Below are positions 18,294-26,916 of a stretch of DNA of 32,000 nucleotides, piece after piece. The stretch comes from Bellilinea caldifistulae (lineage in GTDB: Bacteria > Chloroflexota > Anaerolineae > Anaerolineales > Anaerolineaceae), in contig NZ_LGHJ01000019.1 in NCBI RefSeq assembly GCF_001306055.1, positions 60,001 to 92,000 of the forward strand, given 5' to 3'. Position 1 is the stretch's first letter. The number at the start of each line of letters is the position of its first letter. The position numbers and the translations under genes were made by a program. Under the pieces are notes generated by a model. It did no database searches and was not told the DNA's origin. It worked only from the letters and a program-made list of their open reading frames with translations.

Positions 18294-21158
18294 ATGAAAA
18301 GGTTACTTGTACTTGCTGGTTTTATAGCGATGTTTCTAGCCCTAATGCTAATTGCATCAGCGGCCAATGATGTTTACGCTCAAACACCAACGCCAACCAC
18401 AACACCAACAGACCCAAACGCAACGCCTCATTACTACTTGATTGAACAAGATTTTGACCTGACATTTACACAAAATACAAACGATTATCCACTTCCAAAA
18501 GCAATGACGTGCGGTCTAGATGAAATGCGCGCCGCATCATTTACCGCTCTTTATCACTCAAATTCAGTTAGTGACCCCGCTGGTGGGAATATTATTTTCA
18601 GTATAAATAAATCAGGTACTGGATATACTGATTGGCCAGTTGTTTATGAATGGTATACTCCAAGCAATACTAACAATGTGACTATCCAGGTAAATGCGTG
18701 TGGCGGTAGGGGAGATGGAACGAATTTAACTTATTGCGAACAACTCAGGCAATTAAAGGGTAGTATTGAAGCATGGAATATAGTCACTAAGAATCTCAAT
18801 AATGAGGGAATTTCCAGAATACAAAGTGTATTTGCATGGAAGCAGAATGCAGGATGGTATGTAAAATTATTGAATGTTTCGCTATTATGTTACGGTACAA
18901 ATGAGCCATTGCCTAAAACGGAATTGAATTGTTGGGATTATTTTGAGATTGGCCAGCAAGTAGCCACTGATACCGTAAAGCCGTATAACGATGAGACATT
19001 ACCGCCTATCCTTTGGGAAGGTGAAAATGGCAAGGCAATGCCTGGCATAGAAGGTGGTAAATGGTATGCCGTAGAGGTAACAGACCCTTATTGGATGGAT
19101 GGAACAGGTGAAACGCAATGGTATCCGTCATACAAGGCCGAAATGTCGCCGTTCTGGTCGCTTGCAGGGGCGGTTGAATGGTACGAATTATCCCAATACC
19201 CTAATGGTTGTTGGCAGCCGTTAGGCGATTATGGCAAAGGTCGCTTATTTTTCTATGCCGATGAGCAGATCTCGGATTATCTGCATGGTATCAGGGCCTA
19301 CAACGAATATGGCGATTATTTTGATAACCTCGGCCTCATGCACTACAAGGTTAATGAGGCAGTATACAATCCACCACCAGCGGCCTGCGAGGCTAATTTT
19401 GATATTGGGGAGTTTGTGAATACAATACGTGTCCCTGCATGGTATTCAGATGGATTACCTGTATTTGCCTATTCATCGCCAATTCCAAACACCACCTACG
19501 TGATTGATATATCCTCCGAGCCATGGTTTGACGAAGAAGGTAAACCTCAACACGGTGTGGATATATCCATTGATGGCGGTCAAACATGGGTGAACATTCG
19601 TGATATGAACGGCGAATGTGAGGCAGAGAAAGGGGTTGGCGGTTATAAGTACTATTTCAAATACGTTGCAGGGCGCAATTATCGAATACGGGCATCCGAT
19701 GGCAATGACCCGCTGGAATATCTTGGAAATAAGGGCTATGTAAAGTTTTCTGTTTACACAGCCACATCTTACAAGGCCGATGGTGCATGTTCTCAATCAT
19801 TCACACTCGGCAATGTGTTGAAAACCGGCAGTATACCGGCCAATCTCAGCGGGGGAGATCGCATCCAATACAACCTCACCCCTAACAACTGGTATGCCAT
19901 TGAGATTGTGCCTCCGCCGTGGTCAAATGCCGGTGTAGAGAGCAAAGAAGCGGATATATCCGGCGGTGATTCCGGCTGGCAAACCTTTTATCCGTTGGCC
20001 GACTTTCCGGGTGTCGCTTGTGCAGAAGAAAATGACGGCTATAAAAGGATTTATTTCCGCGCTCAATATTCTCAATACTTGCTTCGCGCCCATGAGGATG
20101 TTTTGCAATACGAGGATAATTCGGGGAGCGTAAACTATAAATTGTATGGGGTTGAGGTGTCAGCCTCAAATCCGCCGCCGGGTTCTTGCGAATCGGCGTA
20201 TAACACAAATCGCATTGTGGTCAGTTTGCCAATTTTGTATGCCAATCTCGAAAATGGCATTGAATTGAAATTAGCACCTGGTAAATACATGCTTGAAACC
20301 ATGGAAGGCCCTTGGCTGAACGAGGCCACGCCATCTTATGATGTTGAAATTACCAGCGGCGGCCTATTGGGTACGTATGTGCCAATAAACAGCCAGGGGG
20401 TATCTGACCCATTAGAGTGTGTTGTGCCGTTATCAGATGGATTACATTACCGTGCTTATTTTTCGGTTGAGGCAGGAAAATATTACAGGGTTAGGGTACA
20501 TGACCCGGAGGGTACTTTTGCCACGAATACTGGTCAGATGGTGATAGCCATATATCGTGTATCTGACATTAACGAACCACCCCCCGATCCAGCGGATTAC
20601 ACCGTGAACGGGTGTAATTCGATATGCTTGCGTCCAGATTCAATTCTCGATGTGCCAGAATGGATTGAATACAATCGGTGTGCGTTCAGCAAATGGATTA
20701 GTTTTTGCCCATATCATGCTGAATCGCTTATGTCTGTCCTTGTTGAATTTAATAACCGTGAGCCGTTTGGTACACTTCTGCAATTCACCTCATTACCTCA
20801 GAAAATTCAGGAGGAATTTAACCAGTACAGATGGGCAGACGCTCAGGGTGGCGATGGGGCAGAAGTTTTAGGTGGTGGTGTGCAACCTTGGGAAATACTG
20901 GCACAATTGCCAAGCAGCAGCCCATTCAACAATGGCCGAATAGATATTGTGAAGCCAATGACGCCATTTTCAACATTCTGCCAAAGCGAAATGACCAAAG
21001 CCGTTGGGGCTAAATTATCTGCGCCAATGTGTTTTGCTCTAAATGTCCTGAATGGACTGGGAGTAAATAAATGGATAAATACTATTTTCAACCTGGTTCT
21101 GGCTGGCGTCTTTTTTATGTATATCTACAACGCATGGATAAAGCAATTTGGAAACTAA
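18294..21158 (+). CDS. Large exported, C-terminally membrane-anchored protein (954 aa) built from four tandem ~135-150 aa repeats
   Basis: AGGAGG 5 nt before the ATG at 18294 (the track begins at 18258). Signal peptide MKRLLVLAGFIAMFLALMLIASAANDVYA, then a TP-rich stretch. Four internal repeats encoded at 18930-20615. C-terminal TM INTIFNLVLAGVFFMYIYNAW. Confidence 0.85.
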   Translation: MKRLLVLAGFIAMFLALMLIASAANDVYAQTPTPTTTPTDPNATPHYYLIEQDFDLTFTQNTNDYPLPKAMTCGLDEMRAASFTALYHSNSVSDPAGGNIIFSINKSGTGYTDWPVVYEWYTPSNTNNVTIQVNACGGRGDGTNLTYCEQLRQLKGSIEAWNIVTKNLNNEGISRIQSVFAWKQNAGWYVKLLNVSLLCYGTNEPLPKTELNCWDYFEIGQQVATDTVKPYNDETLPPILWEGENGKAMPGIEGGKWYAVEVTDPYWMDGTGETQWYPSYKAEMSPFWSLAGAVEWYELSQYPNGCWQPLGDYGKGRLFFYADEQISDYLHGIRAYNEYGDYFDNLGLMHYKVNEAVYNPPPAACEANFDIGEFVNTIRVPAWYSDGLPVFAYSSPIPNTTYVIDISSEPWFDEEGKPQHGVDISIDGGQTWVNIRDMNGECEAEKGVGGYKYYFKYVAGRNYRIRASDGNDPLEYLGNKGYVKFSVYTATSYKADGACSQSFTLGNVLKTGSIPANLSGGDRIQYNLTPNNWYAIEIVPPPWSNAGVESKEADISGGDSGWQTFYPLADFPGVACAEENDGYKRIYFRAQYSQYLLRAHEDVLQYEDNSGSVNYKLYGVEVSASNPPPGSCESAYNTNRIVVSLPILYANLENGIELKLAPGKYMLETMEGPWLNEATPSYDVEITSGGLLGTYVPINSQGVSDPLECVVPLSDGLHYRAYFSVEAGKYYRVRVHDPEGTFATNTGQMVIAIYRVSDINEPPPDPADYTVNGCNSICLRPDSILDVPEWIEYNRCAFSKWISFCPYHAESLMSVLVEFNNREPFGTLLQFTSLPQKIQEEFNQYRWADAQGGDGAEVLGGGVQPWEILAQLPSSSPFNNGRIDIVKPMTPFSTFCQSEMTKAVGAKLSAPMCFALNVLNGLGVNKWINTIFNLVLAGVFFMYIYNAWIKQFGN

Positions 21159-22384
21159 TTGCATTGCTTATCCTGCTATCAATGCCGGTGCATAGGGTAG
21201 TAGCGGATGGTATTCCCTATGCTCGGCACACTGTTACAGTGCCTCTATTTATCGAGGACATTGTAACTAGTGTTCTGCTTGCCAATCCGGTTGATGGGGC
21301 AGAGTATTACGCTGTTACGGATATAACCACCCACGGCTCTGTGTATGTGGTATCGGTTGCAGCCATAAAGGGGTGCGATCCTCAAAACTGGAATCTGGAT
21401 TGTGCCATCAAGTTATTTACGATAGCCACAGATGGCACATTCAGCGGATTAGAAGGTTCACCAGAATATGCAAGCCTTACCAGTGCATTTATGAATGATT
21501 ATGAGCAATATAAGCCTGGCACGCTCAATGATGGCACGGTAGGGGGAGACGATGGCGATTACTCTAATTCAACCTTGCCGGTTTTACCATTCAAGCCTGG
21601 AACAAAGGTTGTGATTGGCTCTCGTGGGATACATGACGCAGGATTTTCTTTAACCGGATGGAAAGCGATTGACCTGGTGAGCGGTACGGACATTGGCTCA
21701 GGAGCTGCGCCCAATGAGGTTTATGCCAGTGCCGATAGCGAAATCACTTACGTTTGCCGTGATGATCACAGCGTGGCCGTGCGTGCTGGCAATTTTCTTT
21801 ATGCCCATTTACAGGACAACGCCAACCTCACGGTTGGTTATAACCTGAGCCGTGGCGTCAAATTTGCCTCGATGGTGGTTGGCAGTTTTACGGACACTTG
21901 CGGATGGGCTAACCAGCAACCTAATCATTATCATTTGCATTTTGGCGTTCCAGGTGTTACATCAGTACAATTCGCCGGTTGGACACTACGACCTTTTGAG
22001 GGTGGTTTTGTAAATGGTAATACTTGGGTGAGAGCCGGTGATTATCTCTACAACCCCGGTTTGACTGGTGGTGATAATTCAGCCGGTGACCCAGCGGAGC
22101 AAATCAAACAGGGTAACTCATTTTGGGATGGCATAGTATCAGCCATGATCAATGTGATCAGGGATGGAATACTGGAACGCTTCCCTGAACGGTCAGAAAC
22201 AAATTATCAGGATGTTTATATCAACGCTAGTAGCGTTGTTTTACGTGTGTTTTTCATCATGCTATCAACTTCATTCGATTTATCGTTTTTTGCATTTTTT
22301 ATGATAGCAATGTTTATCCTAGAACCAGCACGAGTAATTTACAAACTCTATATGAGCATAAAGAAAGCCATCCCGTTTGTGTGA
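21071..22384 (+). CDS. Membrane-anchored M23/LytM-like peptidase domain protein
   Basis: KAIDLVSG...VYASADSEITYV and NHYHLHFG (HxH motif) resemble the M23 fold. The first HxxxD metal motif is not obvious. Signal/anchor KLIALLILLSMPVHRVVADG and two C-terminal TM helices. Alternative start at 21134. Overlaps the end of the upstream gene. Confidence 0.75.
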   Translation: MDKYYFQPGSGWRLFYVYLQRMDKAIWKLIALLILLSMPVHRVVADGIPYARHTVTVPLFIEDIVTSVLLANPVDGAEYYAVTDITTHGSVYVVSVAAIKGCDPQNWNLDCAIKLFTIATDGTFSGLEGSPEYASLTSAFMNDYEQYKPGTLNDGTVGGDDGDYSNSTLPVLPFKPGTKVVIGSRGIHDAGFSLTGWKAIDLVSGTDIGSGAAPNEVYASADSEITYVCRDDHSVAVRAGNFLYAHLQDNANLTVGYNLSRGVKFASMVVGSFTDTCGWANQQPNHYHLHFGVPGVTSVQFAGWTLRPFEGGFVNGNTWVRAGDYLYNPGLTGGDNSAGDPAEQIKQGNSFWDGIVSAMINVIRDGILERFPERSETNYQDVYINASSVVLRVFFIMLSTSFDLSFFAFFMIAMFILEPARVIYKLYMSIKKAIPFV

Positions 22385-22391
22385 GGTGATT

Positions 22392-22976
22392 ATGTTTAGA
22401 CGCACTCATTTTGTAATGGCAGAACCAGGCATAAATCCCATGGAAATACCGGAAGATCGCAAGAGAAAACCGGTTAATCCACTATTGTTATTGTTTGGCG
22501 GTATGATTGCATTATCGTTGCTTTGCGGAGGTGTTATATTTGCCGTAACTGGCAATAAGCGCGCATCTGCCGCCGATAGTCAGACACCTACAATGACCAC
22601 AACCGCAACCCACACACCTACTCCAACAGCAACGCTAACCAGATATGCAAGCATAACCGCAACCTACCAACGGATTACGGCCACGGCCACGCAAACCAGT
22701 ACTCCAATGGCTACACAAACCCCTTGGGTACAGGAAGTAACCCGCATTGTGGCGGTAGATCGCCCCATTTATGTAGATCGTCCCGTTTACAGTACGGTTG
22801 TAGTGCCTATGCCAATTGTTGTTACAGTCATCCACACTCAGATTGTGGTGGTAACCGCAACACCAACATTCACGCCAACACCAACCGAAACGCCTACTCC
22901 AACGTTAGAAACAACCATAGCACCAACCGAAACACCAACTCTAACGCTGGAAATGACACAAACACCTGAAAATTAG
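22392..22976 (+). CDS. Single-pass membrane protein with two Thr/Pro-rich regions (194 aa)
   Basis: GAGGTGA immediately upstream of the ATG at 22392. TM LLLLFGGMIALSLLCGGVIFAV. TP-rich tracts flank a VDRPIYVDRPVY / valine-rich core. Confidence 0.7.
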   Translation: MFRRTHFVMAEPGINPMEIPEDRKRKPVNPLLLLFGGMIALSLLCGGVIFAVTGNKRASAADSQTPTMTTTATHTPTPTATLTRYASITATYQRITATATQTSTPMATQTPWVQEVTRIVAVDRPIYVDRPVYSTVVVPMPIVVTVIHTQIVVVTATPTFTPTPTETPTPTLETTIAPTETPTLTLEMTQTPEN

Positions 22977-22977
22977 T

Positions 22978-23088
22978 GTCGTACAATATAGTCGTACAAT
23001 ACATATTGTGCGACACTATGGCCGCAAAAACCCCCCGAAATTAGGGGATTCGGGGGGTTTTTAATCGCTTAAACTGCGTCGCACAATG
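22978..23088. repeat. Four copies of GTCG(T/C)ACAAT flanking the convergent-operon terminator
   Basis: GTCGTACAATA at 22978-22988 and 22991-23001. Inverted copy TATTGTGCGAC at 23004-23014, which forms a palindrome with copy 2. GTCGCACAAT at 23078-23087. Confidence 0.5.
23026..23062. terminator. Bidirectional rho-independent terminator between the convergent operons
   Basis: AAAAA CCCCCCGAA (23031-23039), loop ATTAGGGGA, TTCGGGGGG (23049-23057), TTTTT. A-tract and T-tract on either side. Confidence 0.8.
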
Positions 23089-23101
23089 TTTTTATCTGGA
23101 T

Positions 23102-23698
23102 TTATTTACGGGGTTTAAGCGGGACCCACAGGACGGCCTCAAACTCTTTTCCGTCCCATTCTGCGCCGCCCGGCCCTAGCAAATCCACCTGACAAATCCC
23201 CTGCTCAAAGTCGCAAACAACCATATCCCCTCTATCGAAACAAACAAATGAACCGATAGAGGGGATTTCTACCCATGTGCCGATTGGCCATTCTGGCGGG
23301 CAGGCTGCCCCAAATCCCCATACAGATTCCCACGGGATACCTGAGAAAGTCTCAGACATGCACCAGTTAAACTCGTCTGACCAAAGCCAGCAATTTATAT
23401 CCCCTTTTTGGGGATTGTAATGGGTTAGTTTTATGCGCTGATTGAACGGGGTACAGTCGTAACAGCCTATTTGACCCTGCCAGCCAAACGATTTATCACC
23501 TGCCCCCACAACAGCGGTTGGTATGGTGTACCACCTGTCTGATGGCGTTTGGGTGGCGGTTGCCTCCAACGTTGGAGTGGCCAATTGGCGCACTCTTGGA
23601 GTGGGCAGATCCGCCTGATACGCATATACGCTAGTGGCGCAGCCAGTAAGCAGGATGGTTATAAGCAGGCTAATTGTGATTGTTATCCTCATCCTCAT
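23102..23698 (-). CDS. Lipoprotein with a C-terminal 3D / MltA-like (double-psi beta-barrel) cell-wall hydrolase domain
   Basis: Lipobox in MRMRITITISLLITILLTGC. AACPPEWPIGTWVEIPSIGSFVCFDRGDMV...QVDLL matches the 3D-domain pattern. The start lies inside the end of the FtsK-like gene (the track extends to 23770). Confidence 0.75.
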   Translation of the reverse strand: MRMRITITISLLITILLTGCATSVYAYQADLPTPRVRQLATPTLEATATQTPSDRWYTIPTAVVGAGDKSFGWQGQIGCYDCTPFNQRIKLTHYNPQKGDINCWLWSDEFNWCMSETFSGIPWESVWGFGAACPPEWPIGTWVEIPSIGSFVCFDRGDMVVCDFEQGICQVDLLGPGGAEWDGKEFEAVLWVPLKPRK

Positions 23699-25517
23699 CC
23701 TCGTTGATGGCCACCAGGCGGCGCGCTCGTGTACCAGCAGATGGCTCGACTTTGTATAGGCTCGATCCAATAACGAATGTCTGTTCTTCCCACTCTTGTA
23801 GCCACGACATTAATTCTGACCTTGTTAGTCCACGTGGGCCGAATTGCTCATAAAGTTTTTTGATTGCAAGATAGCCGTTATCGTTTTCCAAAGCCCATTG
23901 CTGGATTTCAAGGGGTGTAACATCATGCCCTTGATTGATCTCCGTATACTGCCCGGAGATCGCTCCCTGAACGACATCATGGATTATTTTTTCGTTGATA
24001 TAAGGCGTTTGGATAGGTATTTCTTCAACCCATTGTAGTATGCACCTACCAGGGGGGTTCAGGCCCTTAGCGTGACCGTTGTCAATGATTGCTTTACTGG
24101 CTTCGATGGTGGGGGTTGAGAAGGCGAGTTTAGCAGGTAATACCGCTTTGACACGGGTTGAAACAACTTCGCTTTTCGGCATCTGGGTGCAAAGCACAAC
24201 GTGAATGCCAACAGCACGGAAACGCTGAGCAATGTTAGTAAGTATTTCTTCACTTTCCCTCCCAATTTTAGGGTCTAGTTTTACATCTCCCCACTCGTCA
24301 ATAAACAAGACCAGGTGGGGCATGTGATTTTTACGGTGGTGCTGGTTATAGCGTGCAATGTCCTTATAACCAGCATTTTTCATAATGCTAATTCTGCGCT
24401 CCCCTTCATCCAGCAACCATTTCAGCATTTCAGGCACTTGATTACGGTAATATGCAATACCGCCCTCAACCACGTTAGGCACACTGAGCAGGTGAGGTAT
24501 TCCCTCATAAAAACTAAATTCAAGCCCACCTTTCAAGTCAACAAGTAATAATTTCAATCTTTCCGGGCTATTTCTGCGTATCAGTGTGCAAAGTATGACG
24601 TTCAGTATATTTGATTTACCACTCCCGATTGTTCCCCCAATCAACATCGAATACATCGTACCCAACGAACGATAAACGGGCTTACTGTTGACAGTAACGC
24701 CAAGGGGTATTGAAAGACCATCGGCACTTGCGGGAAAGGCATTGAACATATCCTGATAGCGCACATGGTCAGGAATACCAAATACACCTGTTGCACGCTC
24801 AACGATAAACCATGCCCCGGTTTTTTCTGAGTACTCCCCGCTCACCCTGCGCCCACAGGCAATGGATAAATCCGTCAATACCAGTTCGTCAAACAAATCA
24901 CGTATTGCCACCCCACGGGGGAGGTGCATAATGTCAACACGAAAGTAGTGAGCATCCGGCTGCATAACAACATAATCAAACCGGACGGATTGTTTTCCTG
25001 AAAACATAAAATCACGCTCAGATTTTTTATATCGGTAACACTTTTCCAGCCGGTCAAGCGTGTTGATAATCCGGGCTTTATACAGTTCTGCTTCTTCCCG
25101 GAGTGTATTTTCTAGCAGTTCCCTGCGCTTGACTTCTTCGAGGTATTGTATTTCCTCAGGCGTGAGTTTCTTTTCACGTTTAAGCAGTTTCGGTATATCC
25201 CATAAGATCAGCCTGCGCCACGGGTTCTTAGGCGGATGAGCAAAGATTGTTTTTTGATAGGGGTTCTTTGCCTCATCAGGTTCGCCTGCTTTTTCTGATT
25301 CCGGATTGATTACGATTGTTTCAGATGGTTCAGTAGTTACTGTAACATTTGTATCCGGTGTAATCTCGCCGGATTGTGAAAGCAATTTACCGTTTGTTTT
25401 CGGCGTTACACGGTATACGCGATCTTTGATTGGTTTATCTGGTTCAATTCGCCGTATGATCTTACCAAGACTGTTCATAAAGATATATCCCCAATGTCTT
25501 AAGCGGATTGTCCTCAA
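23670..25517 (-). CDS. FtsK/SpoIIIE-family DNA translocase (TraB/TraSA-like), no TM domain, C-terminal wHTH-like region
   Basis: Walker A GGTIGSGKSN, Walker B LVLFIDEWGD, VLCTQMPKSEV...LAFSTPTIEASKAIIDNGHAKGL core. Alternative ATG start at 25478. Confidence 0.9.
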   Translation of the reverse strand: MRTIRLRHWGYIFMNSLGKIIRRIEPDKPIKDRVYRVTPKTNGKLLSQSGEITPDTNVTVTTEPSETIVINPESEKAGEPDEAKNPYQKTIFAHPPKNPWRRLILWDIPKLLKREKKLTPEEIQYLEEVKRRELLENTLREEAELYKARIINTLDRLEKCYRYKKSERDFMFSGKQSVRFDYVVMQPDAHYFRVDIMHLPRGVAIRDLFDELVLTDLSIACGRRVSGEYSEKTGAWFIVERATGVFGIPDHVRYQDMFNAFPASADGLSIPLGVTVNSKPVYRSLGTMYSMLIGGTIGSGKSNILNVILCTLIRRNSPERLKLLLVDLKGGLEFSFYEGIPHLLSVPNVVEGGIAYYRNQVPEMLKWLLDEGERRISIMKNAGYKDIARYNQHHRKNHMPHLVLFIDEWGDVKLDPKIGRESEEILTNIAQRFRAVGIHVVLCTQMPKSEVVSTRVKAVLPAKLAFSTPTIEASKAIIDNGHAKGLNPPGRCILQWVEEIPIQTPYINEKIIHDVVQGAISGQYTEINQGHDVTPLEIQQWALENDNGYLAIKKLYEQFGPRGLTRSELMSWLQEWEEQTFVIGSSLYKVEPSAGTRARRLVAINEDEDEDNNHN

Positions 25518-26916
25518 CCGTGATTAACTCGCTGGACAAAGATTTAATCTTGTCCGCAAGGTCATGTTCACACTGCGTAGATAGCGGGCCCAAGGCATAA
25601 ATAAACCATACACGTTTGGCGGCCGGTATTGTCTGTTGAAATCCAAGAGCCTGCCTTGTTTTATTGGACAGCGCGCCGGGATCATTGCCGCAGTTTGGCA
25701 TTACGTAAATCTGCAATTCCGGCATTGCCCATTTAAGAGTGACGGCTGGACCGTCATTGGTAGCAAGTACGACATCGCCAGGCTCATAACCCTGATTAAG
25801 GATTGACTGTATCCGGTCCACATATTCCGCTTTCATCACTGGTGGCATGATATAAACCGCCGCCAGGCCGATAACCAATATCGGCGTAATCAGTATTGAC
25901 GAAAACATAAATTTCAACTTGCTTTTGGTGATCACGCCAGAAAGCAGGATATAAACAACCGGGGCAATTGGCAGAAAAGCACGATGGAGTAATACTGGTT
26001 GCCAGAGCAGGCTTACACAAACCGCAAGCACAAATGGCGCAAGGATGATTGCAAGCAACTCTAATTGTTTTTCAAACAATCCCTCGACTATTGACCAAGT
26101 AAATAAGCCATACGCAAGCATGATAAATAATGCTTGCAACGGTTCAGGGGTTGCGTGAGATAAAAACAGCATTTGCACAACGTATAAAACCGCACCGGGA
26201 GTTACCGGCATGATCCAGTAGTTACCGTGTATCTCCCGCATCTGAGAAAACAAAACCGGCAACCAGATAACGGCATACAAAAATACGGGAATAACAAACG
26301 ATAACAACAAATCCTTTGGTCTAGCCCGATCTTCCGGCTGCCATTTCTCGAAACCATAATATCTATCGGTAGATACGATAAGCGGATGGGGTAACTCACG
26401 CTTAGCAGCAATCAAAAATAACACAAACGCATAAAACAATCCGTAATTGTGAGTAAATAGCAATGCGGTTACGCCAATGGCAACCGGTAAAAACTTGCGC
26501 CGATTGACAAAATAGAGTGTCAAAAGAAACTCAAAACTGAGCAGGCTATACATGCGTGCTTCCTGAGCAAACCACAACTGAGCGGGCATAAGAGCCGTCA
26601 ATGCGGTGGCCAGCAGGCGCGCTTGTTTGGATTTGAGATAATCAGCGGATAAGAACCAGACAATTACAACACATCCCACAGAAAATACCGCTGATATAGC
26701 CCGTATCTGCCACGCACCAACACCAATAACTCTTGTTACCAGCCACACAAGCAGGTAATAGAGTGGGGGATGAGTATCCCCCGCGATTGCATCTAGCAGG
26801 GCTGGCAAGTCGAGGCGCATAAGCAGGCCGGTAAATGCCTCGTCATACCAGTACGGCGCGGCATCGAGGCGGTAAAAGCGAATGATTGTGGCTATCAGGA
26901 AAAGTAAATAAATCAT
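25462..26916 (-). CDS. GT-C fold membrane glycosyltransferase (PMT_2 / ArnT / GT39-GT83-like)
   Basis: 484 aa, about 11 TM helices. First-loop acidic motif YWYDEAF...GDTHPPLYY typical of the family. C-terminal soluble domain. ATGA coupling with the upstream gene. Confidence 0.8.
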   Translation of the reverse strand: MIYLLFLIATIIRFYRLDAAPYWYDEAFTGLLMRLDLPALLDAIAGDTHPPLYYLLVWLVTRVIGVGAWQIRAISAVFSVGCVVIVWFLSADYLKSKQARLLATALTALMPAQLWFAQEARMYSLLSFEFLLTLYFVNRRKFLPVAIGVTALLFTHNYGLFYAFVLFLIAAKRELPHPLIVSTDRYYGFEKWQPEDRARPKDLLLSFVIPVFLYAVIWLPVLFSQMREIHGNYWIMPVTPGAVLYVVQMLFLSHATPEPLQALFIMLAYGLFTWSIVEGLFEKQLELLAIILAPFVLAVCVSLLWQPVLLHRAFLPIAPVVYILLSGVITKSKLKFMFSSILITPILVIGLAAVYIMPPVMKAEYVDRIQSILNQGYEPGDVVLATNDGPAVTLKWAMPELQIYVMPNCGNDPGALSNKTRQALGFQQTIPAAKRVWFIYALGPLSTQCEHDLADKIKSLSSELITVEDNPLKTLGIYLYEQSW

